37,563 nucleotides of DNA from Chitinivibrionales bacterium. Its GTDB lineage: Bacteria > Fibrobacterota > Chitinivibrionia > Chitinivibrionales > WJKA01. The DNA lies in contig JBBRUX010000039.1 of assembly GCA_038247415.1 (NCBI GenBank), positions 1 to 37,563 of the forward strand, read 5' to 3'. This document shows, in pieces, positions 37,241 through 37,563 of the stretch (position 1 is the first letter of the stretch; every line of letters begins with the position of its first letter). The translations under genes and the position numbers were made by a program. The notes under the pieces were generated by a model. The model did no database searches. It was not told the DNA's origin and saw nothing but the letters and a program-made list of their open reading frames with translations.

Positions 37241-37319
37241 ATATACACCAAGAGTATGGGCATTCCGGGTTCCCCGTCGCCCCTCCAGTCCTGGCTAATG
37301 CGCTTGACATGAAAGGGGC

Positions 37320-37408
37320 CTGAACATGATTACAAGGATTATGCGATTACCATGATTAATTCTGAAGAAATCAAGAACATCAAGTAAATCTTGTGAATCA
37401 CGGTTCAG
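37320..37408. repeat. Imperfect long palindrome with 8-9-nt periodic GATT/AATC subunits (REP/MITE-like)
   Basis: CTGAAC-ATGATT-ACAAGGATT-ATGCGATT-ACCATGATT ... AATCAAGAAC-ATCAAGTA-AATCTTGTG-AATCACG-GTTCAG. Confidence 0.7.
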
Positions 37409-37409
37409 A

Positions 37410-37563
37410 CCCTTGACTTTCTGCGTCAGGCAGGACTGAAGTGTGATGGATGAACAGCGTGAATCCATCAGTCTGCAAAGACCCAGGTGCAAAGCACCGC
37501 AGGGCTTGACAGACCGGCTTGCGAAGCAAGAGCACGTAAGAAGGGCCGGTACCGCAGGTAGGC
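37410..37563. other. Structured non-coding segment, truncated by the window edge (candidate ncRNA or mobile-element end)
   Basis: Dense stems: TGATGGAT/ATCCATCA, GTCT-GCAA-AGAC, GGTGC-AAA-GCACC, CTTGC-GAA-GCAAG, ACCGGC/GCCGGT, CTGCG/CGCAG. No convincing ORF. Confidence 0.45.

Noticed and set aside
37320..37408. CRISPR array or mini-array
   Set aside because: The units are 4-nt cores at 8-9-nt spacing in inverted arrangement, not 23-47-nt direct repeats with spacers; no cas genes.
37295..37492. 65-aa minus-strand ORF
   Set aside because: It crosses the periodic palindrome, whose 9-nt period tends to leave frames open; no RBS or protein motif.
37478..37520. c-di-GMP-I riboswitch suggested by GGTGCAAAGC
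   Set aside because: The upstream GGCAAAC/GAAA P1 elements and the tetraloop receptor are missing.

Overview
A 37.6 kb bacterial window. The domain repertoire suggests Fibrobacterota (Chitinivibrionia-like); this is inferred, not proven. About 1-12 kb is an accessory, partly decaying polysaccharide-use region: a PL14-type lyase, a beta-helix protein, an AraC regulator with a divergent GH4 alpha-galactosidase, an esterase, two secreted Ig-like or propeller proteins and a dual-wHTH GntR/LacI regulator. Most of the secreted proteins carry C-terminal sorting-like tails, and several genes are hollowed-out remnants that keep the signal peptide and tail but have lost the core. About 12-37 kb is more housekeeping-like: PKD protein-argCBD-zinc-ribbon ORF, nadC, a FecR fusion with a probable outer-membrane barrel, a GT2/GT-C/GT-C/GT4 glycosylation cluster, a PAS histidine kinase with a REC-HATPase partner, a CDF metal exporter preceded by a compact NiCo (czcD) riboswitch, pyruvate:ferredoxin oxidoreductase, a 1339-aa secreted multi-Ig protein and an AlkD-like protein. 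The window ends in a periodic palindrome followed by an unexplained, highly structured non-coding segment cut by the edge. I saw no tRNA, rRNA, CRISPR array or transposase.
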